Positions 1 to 11,251 of a DNA stretch of 64,000 nt are shown piece by piece. The notes under the pieces were generated by a model. It was given only the letters and a program-made list of their open reading frames with translations, did no database searches and was not told the DNA's origin. The stretch is from an uncultured Actinomycetota bacterium (GTDB lineage Bacteria > Actinomycetota > Actinomycetes > Propionibacteriales > Nocardioidaceae): assembly GCA_963719255.1 (NCBI GenBank), contig CAVRBN010000071.1, forward strand, positions 41,669-105,668. Reading direction: 5' to 3'. The stretch's first letter is position 1. Each line of letters begins with the position of its first letter. The position numbers and the translations under genes are program-made.

Positions 1-590
1 GATCGTCCAGCAGGGGACTGCTCGCGACCTCTATGAGACTCCGGAGTCCGAGTTCGCAGCCAAGTTCGTCGGGTTCAGCAACCTGATCCCAGCCGTCATC
101 GAGACGGCGGGTTCAACTTCCGCGCTCTCGACGTACCGCATCGACGGTGCTGGGTCGCCGCTGGTGTCTGGAAGGGTGCGCCCAGGGATCTCCGGCGGAG
201 AAGCGGTCATGCTGTCAGTCCGACCGGAGTCAATCCGGATCGAGCGGCCCGGCAATGTGCGAGGCCAGCGACGCTGTCGGCGTGCTACCCGCGAAGGTTC
301 GCGACGTCGTCTACGCGGGCAACCTGTGCGACGTCTTCTTGAATGTCGGCGAGTTCAAGGTTCGCGCGCAGGTACATCCGAACCAGATCGAGGGATTCGC
401 CCCTGGGGACGATGTCAGTGCGGTCTTCGATGCGCGGAGCGTGTGGCCGGTGACGAAGGACACGGTGTCGGAGGACGCGGGCGATGAGGCTGCGGACGAT
501 GAATCTCGGTCGTGCCCGAACCTGACGTGGCGGGCGGTCTGGCGCCCCCAGTCATGTGAGCGCAAGTCTAGTTGCACGAGCGGTCGGTGA
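1..590 (+). CDS. ABC transporter ATP-binding subunit (PotA/FbpC-type), C-terminal part with TOBE-like domain; 5' truncated, one frameshift near 260
   Basis: Frame from base 2 reads IVQQGTARDLYETPESEFAAKFVGFSNL...SVRPESI and continues in ORF 147..590 as AKVRDVVYAGNLCDVFL; typical tail of PotA-like ATPases. Stop position uncertain. Confidence 0.75.
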
Positions 591-626
591 GGTGGCCTCC
601 AGCCCCGACCCTGCACCGAAAGGCAG

Positions 627-2019
627 ATGACGGTTGCCCGTGGACGAACCCGATGCTTCCTACGCGTTCGCGACCGCCGCAGCCGCCGCCCGATTCGACG
701 TGCTCAACCACGCGGCCGTGCACACGGCGAAGTGCAGCGTCTTGGACACCATCGGGGTCGCGCTGGCGGCAAGCGGACTCGAGCCTTCGATCGGTCCGTT
801 CCTCGACGTGGTGCGTGAACAGGGTGGGCCGCCGCAGGCAACGATCATCGGCTCGGGTGAGCAGACGAGCGCAATTCTCGCAGCTTTTGCGAACGGGGCT
901 CTCGCGCACTGTCTGGACTTCGACGACCGGACACCGTGGGGACAGCACTCAGGCAGCTCCGTCGTCCCATCCGTGCTCGCCGTCACCGAACGTACCGGCG
1001 GCGTTTCCGGCCGCGACCTGATCACCGCGGTCGCTGTCGGTCAAGACCTCTTCACCCGCCTGCGGCTGCACACCGGATGGCGGAAGGACTGGATGCTCTC
1101 GAGCGTCGGTGGGGTGTTCGCCGGGGCCGCGGCGTGCTCCCGCATCCTCGGTCTCGACGCTCACCAGACCCAGGCGGCGCTCAGCATTGCCAGCCAGCAG
1201 TCCGCGGGCCTGCACGAAATCGTGGCGGGGACGGGAAGCGATCTCCGCGGCAAGTACGCCGGCTTCTCGGCCCAGGGGGCGGTCCTTTCGGCGCTCCTGG
1301 CCGAACGCGGGGTGACGGGCGTCGAGCGTCTCTTCGAGGGACGTGATGGCTTTTTCCAGCTGTACTTCGCCGGTGTATACGACCGCGAGAAGCTAGTCGC
1401 CGGCCTGGGGACGGAGTTCCTCGGGTCCTCCACGCTCTACAAGAAGTGGCCGTGCGTGGGCACGGCGCACAGTCACATCCACGCGACGATCCAGATCGTC
1501 GAGGAGTTGGATCTTCGACCCGAGGACATCGCCGAGATCCGTGTGCACGTCGGGGACTACCACCAGCTGATGAGCTACCCACTCAACGAACGCAGGGCAC
1601 CGCGGACCCTGGTGGACGCGAAGTTCAGTCTTCCGTTCCTCGTCGCGATCGCCGCCGTGCGGCGCGGCATGACCGTCCAGGACTTCACCGCAGAGGCGGT
1701 CGCTGACGAGGAGGTTCTGCGGGTGGCGCAAAGGGTCGTGCCGATCGACGACGCGTCCCTGGACTGGAAGCTCGAGATACCTCCTGGCCGAGTCGTCATC
1801 ACAACTCGTGACGGGCGCCAGGCCGAACGCGTCGGTGACGCCACTCCGGGCAACGCGCAGAACCCCATGTCGTGGGATGACATCGTCGAGAAGTTCCGGA
1901 TCAACGCCGGTGCCGCTGCCACGCCGCTTCGCAACGACGCGATCGAGCGCGTCGTCGACCTCGTCGCCGGACTCGAAGACCTAGGAGATGCGGCCTTGGT
2001 CATGCAGTGCCTCCGGTGA
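627..2019 (+). CDS. MmgE/PrpD family protein (copy 1)
   Basis: ORF 634..2019: LDTIGVALA, NGALAHCLDFDD...H, FEG, AKFSLPF. The ATG at 627 after GAAAGG is the likely start, with a 1-nt slip. Confidence 0.9.
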
Positions 2020-2092
2020 AAGGCGCGAAACCCTCGCGGCGATATATCAAGATCTCGACCAGCTAGAGACAAGATGAAGACGGGAAACGTTC

Positions 2093-2203
2093 ATAGAGCC
2101 GATCGTCTATCCACTGAGCAAGCAGGAGACTTTCGTCTCCAATTCACAGCGCCTGAAGGAAGTGTCTCCGGCGCTCGCCGAGGCCTTCTGAAGCCTTCGA
2201 CAA
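2093..2203 (+). pseudogene. Remnant of a carboxymuconolactone decarboxylase (CMD/AhpD)-like gene, paralog of 38907..39245
   Basis: From 2108 reads YPLSKQETFVSNSQRLKEVSPALAEAF*SLR versus YPLSKQDSFVSNLDRLRETAPDVATAFRGLR in the intact copy; in-frame ATA at 2093 (possibly a mutated ATG), TGA at 2189 where the paralog has Arg; similarity ends near 2203. Confidence 0.8.
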
Positions 2204-2342
2204 TGCTCTCCTGCCACGATCCATCCTTGCTCTCTGACGTTTGCAATTCGTTGATCCTTGCCCGCTATCGGCTCACCGATGATGGCGCGGATCAGGCGGG
2301 TGCTCCGGTACTCGCGGTGACCAGGTGGCCGATGACCGCTTC

Positions 2343-3153
2343 CTACTCCGTGGGCGCGAGCGTGCCGTCGACGAGCAGCGGGATGTCGTACATCTCGGCC
2401 GCACGTGCCAGGACCGCTGCGGAAGGCTTCGCATACCGCGGCCCACGGCTGGTCCAGACACCTGTGTACTGATGGATCGCGGCTGCGGTCTCGGCGAATC
2501 GAGCCAACAGTGCGTAGGTGTCCTGCACCGTCACGCCGTCGACTTCGCGCAGACCGTACTGGGCAGCAATGGTCGTGTGTACGCCGCCGCCGATGACGGT
2601 GTCTGCACCCACGGCGGCCAGGCGTCGCGTGGCGTCCCTGTAGGCGTCGACGACCTAGCTCTGCGATCTCGGGATTGGTGAAGGCTTCGTGGATGCGCGG
2701 CAGGTGATCGAACCGCACAGAGTCAACACCCGCGAGGCGGCTTGTCAGGCCATAGCCGTGCACGATCTCCCGGTAGCGGGGCTCCGACTTGGTGTTCGTG
2801 GCGACCACGCCGAACGCCTCCCCTGTCATCATGGCCACGGTGCACGAGACCTCCATCTGGACGACGACGGGGATGTCGAGGACCTCGCGCAGTGCGACCA
2901 CGCCCGGATCCAGGGAGTTGCCCAAGGCATACACGTCGAAGCCGTCGCGTTGGGCCTGTAGTCCGTTGGTGATGATCTCCCGCTCGTCATAGTGGAAGAG
3001 CAGCCGATACTGATCAGCGAAGGCTCCGTGCGTGGTCCCGCGCACCAGCACCTCCGTCGATGGGCTCACGCAGTTCTCAAGCTGCTGTTGGACGGCAGAG
3101 ATGAAGCCCGGGCTCCTCTGCTCGGACGCCATCAGCTGGAACCAGATCTTCAT
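2343..3153 (-). CDS. Asp/Glu/hydantoin racemase family protein (copy 1), frameshift near 2640
   Basis: N-part in ORF 2107..3153 (AQRDGFDVYALGNSLDPGVVALREVLDIPVV); C-part in ORF 2343..2612 (GADTVIGGG...GLREVDG...SRGPRYAKP); colinear with 38069..38902. Confidence 0.8.
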
Positions 3154-3220
3154 CTATGAACTCTCCTCAACAGTTGTGGCCGTCACTGCGGCCTTGAGCG
3201 ATTGGCGCGGTACAGCGGCG

Positions 3221-3994
3221 CTAGAACAGCGCGCCGACCATGCCGCCCTCCACCGCAACGGTGGACCCGGTGACGAAGCCGGCCTGGCGGGAGGCCAGAA
3301 AGGTGACGACCGCGCTCACCTCCTCCTGGGTTCCCATCCGGCCCAGGGGTGTGAGGGTCCTTCGATGTGCGGCCTGCTCGTCGGTGTACGCCGCCTGGCC
3401 GGTGCGGTGGGAGGTCTCGATCAGGGCCGGAGCCACGCAGTTGACAGTGATCCGCTCACCCGCAATCTCCGCCGCCAGCCCTTTCATGTAGGCCGTTACT
3501 CCCGCTCGGAAGACCGTGGACAGCGCGTGCCCGACCACGGGCTGCTTGGCGTGCGCGGAGGTGACCGCGATGATGCGGCCCCACTCGTGTCCCAGCATGA
3601 GGGGGACCACTCCATTGACGACCTCGACGACCGCGGACAGCTGGGTTCGGTAGGCCTCGTCCCAGCGGGATTGTTGGGTTTCCTCCAGCGTGGGGCGCAG
3701 CGGAGTCGGTGGCCGCCCGGTCAACAGCACCACTACGTCTGGCCCCCCGAGGTCCTTGAGAGTGGCGGACAAACGCTGGACGTCAGCCGCATCCACCATG
3801 CTGCCAGGTTGGGCGATGACCTCGACGTCGTGACGCTCTGCCATCTCCCGGGCGAGCTCCTTCAGCGTGTCTTCCGACCGCGCGAACAAGACTAGGTTCG
3901 CCCCCTCGGCGGCCAGGCCGTCGGCGATGCTGCGGCCCAGGCCGCCGCTCGACGCGGTGACGAGCGCCTGCTTTCCTTTCAGTCCCAAATCCAC
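3221..3994 (-). CDS. SDR family oxidoreductase (atypical: TASSGGLG, S-x3-R in place of YxxxK)
   Basis: MDLGLKGKQALVTASSGGLG, ITVNCVAP, PLGRMG, FVTG. Confidence 0.85.
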   Translation of the reverse strand: MDLGLKGKQALVTASSGGLGRSIADGLAAEGANLVLFARSEDTLKELAREMAERHDVEVIAQPGSMVDAADVQRLSATLKDLGGPDVVVLLTGRPPTPLRPTLEETQQSRWDEAYRTQLSAVVEVVNGVVPLMLGHEWGRIIAVTSAHAKQPVVGHALSTVFRAGVTAYMKGLAAEIAGERITVNCVAPALIETSHRTGQAAYTDEQAAHRRTLTPLGRMGTQEEVSAVVTFLASRQAGFVTGSTVAVEGGMVGALF

Positions 3995-4118
3995 GGTGAT
4001 GATTCCTTTCCTCGCCGCCAGTGACTTCGATGAGCTCCAAACGGATGTGGTGATAGGCGATCGACGGCTTCGCCGTTGGTGTCCATTCCGACAGCCAGTT
4101 CCGCGCAGCCTGGTACCG

Positions 4119-5504
4119 CTAGCCGGAGAGCTCCGTCACCAGAAGCGTGGCGTCGTCGAGCGTCTCCAGGTCCCGAGCAAGCTGCTTGACCTTGGTGGCC
4201 TGGTCTTCGGACAGTGGGACTGCGGCAGCGGCCGCGCAGTCGTCGAACTTTCGCCCGAGGTCGTCCCACGTCATGGGCGCATCCACCGTGCCAGGGACAT
4301 TCGTGCCCACTGCCTCGTAGCTGCGTCCGTCTCGCGTAACGATCTCCACCCGCCCGGACGGAATCTCCAACTTCCAGTCCAATGACTTGTCCGGAACAGG
4401 CTCGACGAGCTGGGCTACCGCAAGAACACGAGGATCGTTCAGCGCCTCGGTCGTGAAGTCGGCGACGCCGATCTCGCGGCGCACCACTGCGGATGCAACC
4501 AGGAACGGAAGACTGAACTTCCCGTCCAGCGAGCTCGTTGGTGCACGCCGGGTCTCCAGCGGCTGGCACATCACATCGTGCCAGTCGCCGGTGTAGACCC
4601 TGATCTGCGCGATGTCCTCGACGTTGAGGTCGTGCTGCTCCACCAGTCCGAGGGTTGCGTGGATGTGGCTATGCGACGTGCTCACCGACGCCCATCGCTT
4701 GTACAGCGTGGCGCTGCCGGTGAATTCCGTGCCCAGTCCCTCCAGAATCTTGTCGCGGTCGTACTTGCCATCGAAATAGGTGTTCAGAAAGCCGTACCTC
4801 CCCTCGAAGGGAGCATCGACCCCGCTGATGCCCTTCTCCGCGAGCAGGGTCGCGACGACTGCGCCCTGTGCGGAGAACCCGGCGTAGATCCCACGGAGAT
4901 CGCTGGTACCCCGTACGACCTCCATCGTCCCGCTCGACTGCATCGTGGCGATCCCCAGTGCGTTGGAGGTCGCCTCGCAGGAGAGCTGGACAATGCGGCT
5001 CGATGTCGCGGCCGCAGCGAAGACGCCCATGACGGGCGAGATGTTCCAGTCCTGTTGCCACTCCACGAACCGCCGAAGTCGTCCGAAGATGTCTTGGCCC
5101 ACCGCGACGGCCGTGATCATCTCCCTGCCCGAGATCCCGCCCGCGCGTTCCGCGACTGCGAACGCAGCAGGGATGATCGAGCTGGCTGCGTGATGTCCCC
5201 AGTAGGTGTAGTCGTCGTAGTCAAGACAGTGAGACATGGCCCCGTTGACGAAAGCCGCCGAGGCCGCTGGAAGCTTCGCGTCCGAGGCGATCACAGACGC
5301 TTCCGGTCGGCCCCCGATCTCTCTCGCGTATTCCAACACCGAGCCGACGGACGCCTCCAGGCCGCTGGCAGCCAGAGTGACGCCGAGCGTGTCAAGAATG
5401 GTCTTCTTGGCGGCGTTAACAGCATCCGCCGACAGGTCTGAGTACTTCGTGTCGAAGGCCAGATCAGCAAAGTGATGAGCCAGGTCCGCGGTTGGTTCCC
5501 GCAT
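4119..5504 (-). CDS. MmgE/PrpD family protein (copy 2)
   Basis: 461 aa; LDTLGVTLA, NGAMSHCLDYDD...H, FEG, KFSLPF; GAGGAG RBS. Confidence 0.9.
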   Translation of the reverse strand: MREPTADLAHHFADLAFDTKYSDLSADAVNAAKKTILDTLGVTLAASGLEASVGSVLEYAREIGGRPEASVIASDAKLPAASAAFVNGAMSHCLDYDDYTYWGHHAASSIIPAAFAVAERAGGISGREMITAVAVGQDIFGRLRRFVEWQQDWNISPVMGVFAAAATSSRIVQLSCEATSNALGIATMQSSGTMEVVRGTSDLRGIYAGFSAQGAVVATLLAEKGISGVDAPFEGRYGFLNTYFDGKYDRDKILEGLGTEFTGSATLYKRWASVSTSHSHIHATLGLVEQHDLNVEDIAQIRVYTGDWHDVMCQPLETRRAPTSSLDGKFSLPFLVASAVVRREIGVADFTTEALNDPRVLAVAQLVEPVPDKSLDWKLEIPSGRVEIVTRDGRSYEAVGTNVPGTVDAPMTWDDLGRKFDDCAAAAAVPLSEDQATKVKQLARDLETLDDATLLVTELSG

Positions 5505-6997
5505 GGTTCTCCTCGTCGGATGGGTACTGAAGGGCGTCGGCTATTTCCTTGGCGAGCCCTATGGATTTCGTCTCCACGAAGGCGTCAAGTCCTTCGGGAC
5601 CGAACTCGCGCCCGAGCCCGCTGTGCTTGACGCCGCCCATGGGTGCCCTGAAGCCTGCTGGGTTCCCGTTGAGCTCGACCGTGCCGGTCTGGATCCGCGC
5701 GGCAACCCGCAGCCCTCGTTCGACGTCGGAGGTGAACACGGATCCATTCAGCCCGTACTGCGAGTTGTTGGCGATCGCGATGGCTTCGTCTTCGTCGTTG
5801 TACGGAATCACGGCGACCACGGGGCCGAAGATCTCTTCCTGGGCGATCGTGGCGTCGGGACGCACATCGGTGAAGACCGTGGGTTCGACGAACCAACCGC
5901 GGCCCAGTTCCGGCGGGTCGTCCTCCACCGCAGACGAGTCGCGCCCCCTGGGCCTTGCCGGCGTCGATGTAGCTCTCGACTCGCGATCGCTGCCGCTGGC
6001 TGACCAACGGGCCGATGTGCGTCGCCTCGTGGTGCGGATCACCCACGGGCATCGAGTCGACGAGCGCCTCGAGTCGATCGAGGAACTCGGCGTGGCGAGA
6101 CTCGGGCACGACCAGTCTGGTCTTCAAACTGCAGATCTGGCCGCTGTTGCGGAATGCGCCGAGGCGTAGTGCCGAGATTGTCGAGTCGAGGTCGGCGTCA
6201 TCGAGCACGATGGCCGCGGACTTCCCTCCGAGCTCGAGAGTGACCCGGCGCAAGTCTCGCCCGCAGATCTCGGCGATCCTGCGTCCTGCGGCACTCGACC
6301 CTGTGAAGGTCACCTTGGCTACGTCTGGGTGGGAGATCAGATACTCGCTGGCCTCGCGGTCCGCCGGAACCACGTTGACAACGCCCGGAGGAAGTCCAGC
6401 TTCGCTGAGGAGTCGCGCAACGAGGTACGCGTCGAGCGGAGTCTCGGGAGCGGGCTTGAGCACGACCGTGCACCCGTGACGAGTGCCGGCGCCAGCTTTT
6501 GAAGCGCGAGGGAGAGCGGCACGTTCCACGGCACCACGGCCGCGACCACGCCGACTGGGTCTTTCGTGACGAGCGCCTGCCCGACCTTGGAGTGGCGGAT
6601 GGCGCGGAACGGGTACTCGGCCGCCGCGTCGAGATAGGCCTCCAGGATTCCCACGGGATTGCTCACCTGGATTGCCCGCGACTGCGTGATCGGGCAGCCC
6701 ATTTCGTCGGTGATCAGTTGGGCGAACTCTTCGGCATGCGCGACCAGAAGGTCACGAAGCCGGGTCAGGATTCGGATTCGGTCCTCCAGCGACATCGCGG
6801 GCCAAACACCGGATGCGAAATGCTCGTCGCGCGGCGCCGACGGCGCGGTCGATGTCCTCACGAGAACCGGACGGCACCGAGGCAATCACCTCCTCGCTCC
6901 AGGGCGAGACCACCTGGATCCGGTCCCGCGTTGCCGCCGGCAGCCATTCGCCGTCTATGAAGACCGTGTCGTAGTTAGCGAGGAACTCGGTGGACAT
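5464..6997 (-). CDS. Aldehyde dehydrogenase, split by at least 3 frameshifts
   Basis: Pieces across ORFs 6752..7219 (MSTEFLANYDTVFIDGEW), 6337..6885 (PVGVVAAVVPWN), 5585..6529 (FTGS, LELGGKSA, NSGQICS) and 5464..6042 (QEEIFGPV, GGVKHSGLGRE). 3' end uncertain. Confidence 0.88.
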
Positions 6998-7149
6998 TGA
7001 CCTCTGTACTTCCTGTCGATGGATTTCCGGAACTTCGCACGTCGTGAAGCGCCGGATTCGTTCATGAACTCCGCTACTTGTATGGCAACCGCTAACTGTG
7101 CAAGATCTCGGCGAAGGTTTCAGTACCTGCTTCGGCGACAGGAAGTGCC

Positions 7150-8133
7150 TCAGCGTGATGCGTTGTGCCAGTTGACGATTGCCTGCAGGCCAGCCTCCAG
7201 GCTTGTCTCGGGAGGGCATCCGAACGATGTCCTGAGCCGCGCGTTGTCCACCAGCTGATAGCGACGTCGCTGGTGCTCGAACTCGATGTCCTCAGGACTG
7301 GCGCCGTACAGCCGCAACAGGGTCGAGTAGATGTCGCCGGTGGACGCAGGCTCACCCACCACATTGACTGCGACATTGCGCAGGGGCAGGTCGATCGCGC
7401 GGACCACCGCTCGGGCCGCGTCATCGACGTAGACGAGGGAGTGTCGCGAGTCCTTGCTCCACGCCACCCGGGCCTTCTCGCTTCGGTCGACGGCTCTGAG
7501 TGCTTCGAGCATCATCCAGCTGTTGGAATGCTCGGCTGCGTCCGGTCCGTAGATGCTGCCGAAGCGAAGAGCCAAGTAGTCGAATCCGCCCCTGGCCGCG
7601 AACGGGGGCAGGAACGCTTCACATGCAAGTTTCGCCGCGGCGTACATCGACACATCCCGGCCGACGGCACCGTCCTCCTCGCGCATCGGTGCGTCGGGCT
7701 CTTCCGAGAACGACCCGTAGAGCTGTTGCGACGAGCCGTACACGAACGCCCGAATCCCGCGGTCCGCGGCCACAGACAACAGATCGAACGTCGCGGCCAC
7801 ATTGACACCGAAGCCTTCGCGCGGCTGAGCATCCGACGCCTTTAGGCGCATCGCCGCAAGGTGCGCGATGGCTTCCACCGACCCGACGACCTCGGCAAGC
7901 CGATCTCGGTCTCGTAGGTCCATCGCGCGAAACTCCACACCTGGCAACTCGGCGAGAGCGTCAGACTTCGGCGACGTCACAACATCGGTGGCAAGAACGT
8001 CGTGAGAACCCTCGCTACTCAGCATTGCGACGACCCGCGCGCCGACGAATCCAGCAGCCCCCGTGACCAGGACCCTGCTCCCCGGGGCCCTCGACGCATG
8101 ATCGGTCGAGCCCCGCTCCATCGACTCGAACAC
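7150..8133 (-). CDS. NAD-dependent epimerase/dehydratase (extended SDR), copy 1
   Basis: VTGAAGFVG, HLAA, YAAAK, LRFGSIYGP; close paralog of 52247..53236. Confidence 0.88.
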   Translation of the reverse strand: MFESMERGSTDHASRAPGSRVLVTGAAGFVGARVVAMLSSEGSHDVLATDVVTSPKSDALAELPGVEFRAMDLRDRDRLAEVVGSVEAIAHLAAMRLKASDAQPREGFGVNVAATFDLLSVAADRGIRAFVYGSSQQLYGSFSEEPDAPMREEDGAVGRDVSMYAAAKLACEAFLPPFAARGGFDYLALRFGSIYGPDAAEHSNSWMMLEALRAVDRSEKARVAWSKDSRHSLVYVDDAARAVVRAIDLPLRNVAVNVVGEPASTGDIYSTLLRLYGASPEDIEFEHQRRRYQLVDNARLRTSFGCPPETSLEAGLQAIVNWHNASR

Positions 8134-8552
8134 GTCTTCCTCCAGTCAACGTTCGAACTTTCGGTTCAAAACCAGCGTGCCGTCTGACGGCATACCGAGT
8201 GGCGATATCCATGCCCTCGAGGAGGCGTGTGGCGAGCGGGCTCAGCACTCGTCCCATTTGGCGACACTCGTCACCCCGGCGACGATCACTCCTCGTGCAA
8301 CTGCTCCGCGACCTCTGTGGGGTATCGGTTAACGCTTTGCTTAAAGGGAAGGGCTGACGGGCTCATGGATCCGCTTGCTCTCGGCCATATTCGCCGCCGG
8401 GATAGCGGCGGCGGAAAGGTGCAGGGCTCCTTTGGTGGTTTTTGTTGGTCCCCACGAAGGAAACCATGCATGCGCGAAAGGAGGGAGACCCGAATGGTGG
8501 TAGTACTGGCGGGGCCTGCTTCAGCTCGGCTGCATCTTCTATCATCGATGGC

Positions 8553-9440
8553 ATGGACAACCGAGCGGAAGTGCGGGAGTTCCTCGTCTCGCGGCGTGGC
8601 CGGATCACCCCAGAACAGGTAGGGCTGCCGGACGGCAGGAACCGCCGCGTATCGGGGTTGCGTCGCAGCGAGGTCGCCATGCTTGCTGGCGTCAGCGTCG
8701 AGTACTACACCCGACTTGAGCAGGGTGCCCTCAGCGGCGCGTCTTTGGAGATCCTCGACGGAATTGCCAAGGCGTTGCATCTCGACGACGCCGAACGGGC
8801 GCACTTGTTTGATCTCGCGCAGGCTGCCAGCCCGGCGGCACGCCCGCCGAGGCGACGGGACCCTCAGGCATGGAGGCCGCACCCCAGCCTTCAGTGGCTA
8901 CTCGATGGGATCACAGCCGGCCCGGCGTTCGTCCGCAATGGCCGCTTGGATCTGCTTGCCGTGAATAGCCTCGCGCGAGCCTTCTATAAGGACGCGTACG
9001 AAATGGCTGGCCAGCACCCGAATCTCGCGCGCTTTACCTTCCTCGACGAGCGGAGCCGCCGCTTGCAGTTGGATTGGGACTCGGCCGCCGACGTGGTCGT
9101 CTCCATCCTGCGCACGGAGGCAGGCCGCGATCCGCACGACGACCAGCTTCAGGACCTCGTCCGCGAACTGTCCACGCACAGCGACGATTTCCGACGCCTC
9201 TGGAACGCGCACAATGTCCGGCACCACGGCACCGGGTACAAGCGCTTCTGTCACCCGGTCGTCGGCGAGCTCACGGTCGCGTACGAGGGACTGGAGATGG
9301 CGTCCGAGCCCGGCCTCACGCTGACCGTCTACACCGCCGAGCCCGGGTCCGCTTCCGAAGAGGCGCTACGCCTGCTCGGAAATTGGGCCGCCACAGAGTA
9401 CCCGCATCCAGCCAAGTCACAATCGAGAGCCGAAGCCTGA
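8553..9440 (+). CDS. XRE-HTH/MmyB-like transcriptional regulator
   Basis: MDNRAEVREFLVSRRGRITPEQVGL, RRVSGLRRSEVAMLAGVSVEYYTRLEQG, HPVVGEL, YTAEPGS. Confidence 0.92.
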   Translation: MDNRAEVREFLVSRRGRITPEQVGLPDGRNRRVSGLRRSEVAMLAGVSVEYYTRLEQGALSGASLEILDGIAKALHLDDAERAHLFDLAQAASPAARPPRRRDPQAWRPHPSLQWLLDGITAGPAFVRNGRLDLLAVNSLARAFYKDAYEMAGQHPNLARFTFLDERSRRLQLDWDSAADVVVSILRTEAGRDPHDDQLQDLVRELSTHSDDFRRLWNAHNVRHHGTGYKRFCHPVVGELTVAYEGLEMASEPGLTLTVYTAEPGSASEEALRLLGNWAATEYPHPAKSQSRAEA

Positions 9441-9490
9441 CACCCCACTCGAAGACGCGTGTTGTCGACCCCGCCATCGTTGACCGGAGT

Positions 9491-10159
9491 CACCCCGATG
9501 TGGATCAGCAGGCCGACGTGCTCGACCGCCTGGTTGGCGTCCTCACTCAGTCCCGAGAGCAGCTCGCCGACCGCGTGCGACATGAACGCGGCCCGGCCGT
9601 AGGGAAAGGTGTCGGTGTTCACGCCGGCACCCCGGAACAGGAACATCGACCAGATCACGTTGACGATCATCCCAAGCACCCAGCCAGGCGCCACCCAGAT
9701 GCGAGCCCGTGAACCTGGACCTGCGACCGAGCTTCGCCGGAGAGTTCGCCACCCTGATGACCGCGAACGTCACGATGCCGAAGAACGCCTTCACGGCGAT
9801 GAAGTCCAGCGCGAACCCCAGCACCGACCAGCGGCCGATCACCAGGATGCCGAAGCCCTCGACGAACAGCGAGCCGGAGGCCTCCAGGTAGACCGAGGCG
9901 AGGATCAGGAACGCCCAGAACACGAAGAAGGGCGCGGCGCCGGGGACTGACCACTTCAGCAGCTTCTTCTGGCCGAGCACCTCCACCAGCCGGGTCTGAT
10001 CGTCGACCCGGTCAGCTTGGTGAGGTTCTCCACCCGGTCCGGTGCCGGCTGTCCACTCGTGATCAGCAGGAACAGCAACAAGACCCGCCGCCCCGCAACC
10101 GGCAGCGCAACCGCGGTCATCGCCAGACCCAGAATCAACGTGAGAACCAACGTAGTCAC
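9491..10159 (-). pseudogene. 5' fragment of a FadF-like membrane Fe-S oxidoreductase
   Basis: Frameshifted hydrophobic pieces (SGQPAPDR, EVLGQKKLLKWSVPG, RSRFTGSHLGGAW); breaks off near 9491 with no Fe-S/CCG domains; lies just downstream of etfA. Confidence 0.65.
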
Positions 10160-10250
10160 TCCAACCTGCCGGCGTTGGCCGCCGGATCTGACATGTGCCG
10201 AGGCGGAACGGGAACGAAACGGGTCGCGTGTTGGCGGAGCAGCACTCGGG

Positions 10251-11240
10251 TCAGCCCTTGCGCTGGTTGACCTGCTCGGTCAGTGCGGGCAGGACGGTGT
10301 GCAGGTCGCCGACGACGCCGAAGTCGGCGAGTTCGAAGATCGGGGCCTCGTCGTCCTTGTTGACCGCCACGATGGTCTTGGAGGTCTGCATGCCGGCGCG
10401 GTGCTGGATGGCACCGGAGATGCCGGTGGCGACGTAGAGCTGCGGCGAGACGGTCTTGCCGGTCTGGCCGATCTGGAACGTGTGCGGCTTCCAGCCGGAG
10501 TCGACCGCGGCCCGCGAGGCCCCGACCGCGCCGCCCAAGGCGTCGGCAAGCGCGTCGACCTCGTCGAAGTTGCCGCCGGTGCCGCGGCCACCGGCGACCA
10601 CGATGGCGGCCTCGGTCAGCTCGGGGCGGCCGGTGGCCTGGCGCGGAGCGCTGTTGACGATCTGCGCTGCCTTGGCGGCGTCGGAGACCGTGGCGGCGAA
10701 CTCCTCGACCGTGCCCGCTCCGGCGGCCTCCTCCGGGGTGGCCGCGTTGGGCTTGACCGTGATGATCGGCGTGCCCTTGGTGACCTTGGCCTGCACCGTG
10801 TAGTTGCCGGCGAAGACGGACTGGGTGGTCACCGGGGTTCCGTCGTCGCCCGGCTGCACGTCGGTCGCGTCGGTGATGAGGCCCGACTCGATCTTGATGG
10901 CCAGGCGGCCGGCGATCTCCTTGCCGTCGAACGACGACGAGATCAGCACCGCACCGACACCCCCGCCGGCTCCCCCGTCAGCTTGAGCTTCTCCACGAGC
11001 TGCTGGAGGGCCTCGGCCCTGGGGGCGACGAGGTAGCCCTTGATGTCGGCGTCGTCGACGACGTAGATCTTCTCTGCGCCGTACTTCTTCAGCGCGTCGG
11101 CTCACCCCAGACGCCTGGTCGGGGGAACCGATGAAGACAGCCGACGGCTCGCCGAGGCGGCGGGCGATCGTCAGCAGCTCGCTGGTGGTCTTGCGGACGT
11201 TGCCGTCGACATGGTCGACGAGGACGAGAATTTCAGACAT
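10251..11240 (-). CDS. etfA: Electron transfer flavoprotein alpha subunit (two compensating frameshifts about 10980-11100)
   Basis: [55 protein letters not shown]. Confidence 0.93.
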   Translation of the reverse strand: MSEILVLVDHVDGNVRKTTSELLTIARRLGEPSAVFIGSPDQASGVSRRAEEVRRREDLRRRRRRHQGLPRRPQGRGPPAARGEAQADGGAGGGVGAVLISSSFDGKEIAGRLAIKIESGLITDATDVQPGDDGTPVTTQSVFAGNYTVQAKVTKGTPIITVKPNAATPEEAAGAGTVEEFAATVSDAAKAAQIVNSAPRQATGRPELTEAAIVVAGGRGTGGNFDEVDALADALGGAVGASRAAVDSGWKPHTFQIGQTGKTVSPQLYVATGISGAIQHRAGMQTSKTIVAVNKDDEAPIFELADFGVVGDLHTVLPALTEQVNQRKG

Positions 11241-11251
11241 GACCCAACCCC

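Noticed and set aside
8230-8366. Short minus-strand reading MSPSALPFKQSVNRYPTEVAEQLHE, faintly like a GntR N-terminus
   Set aside because: Too short, with no recognisable HTH downstream; cannot be supported by eye.
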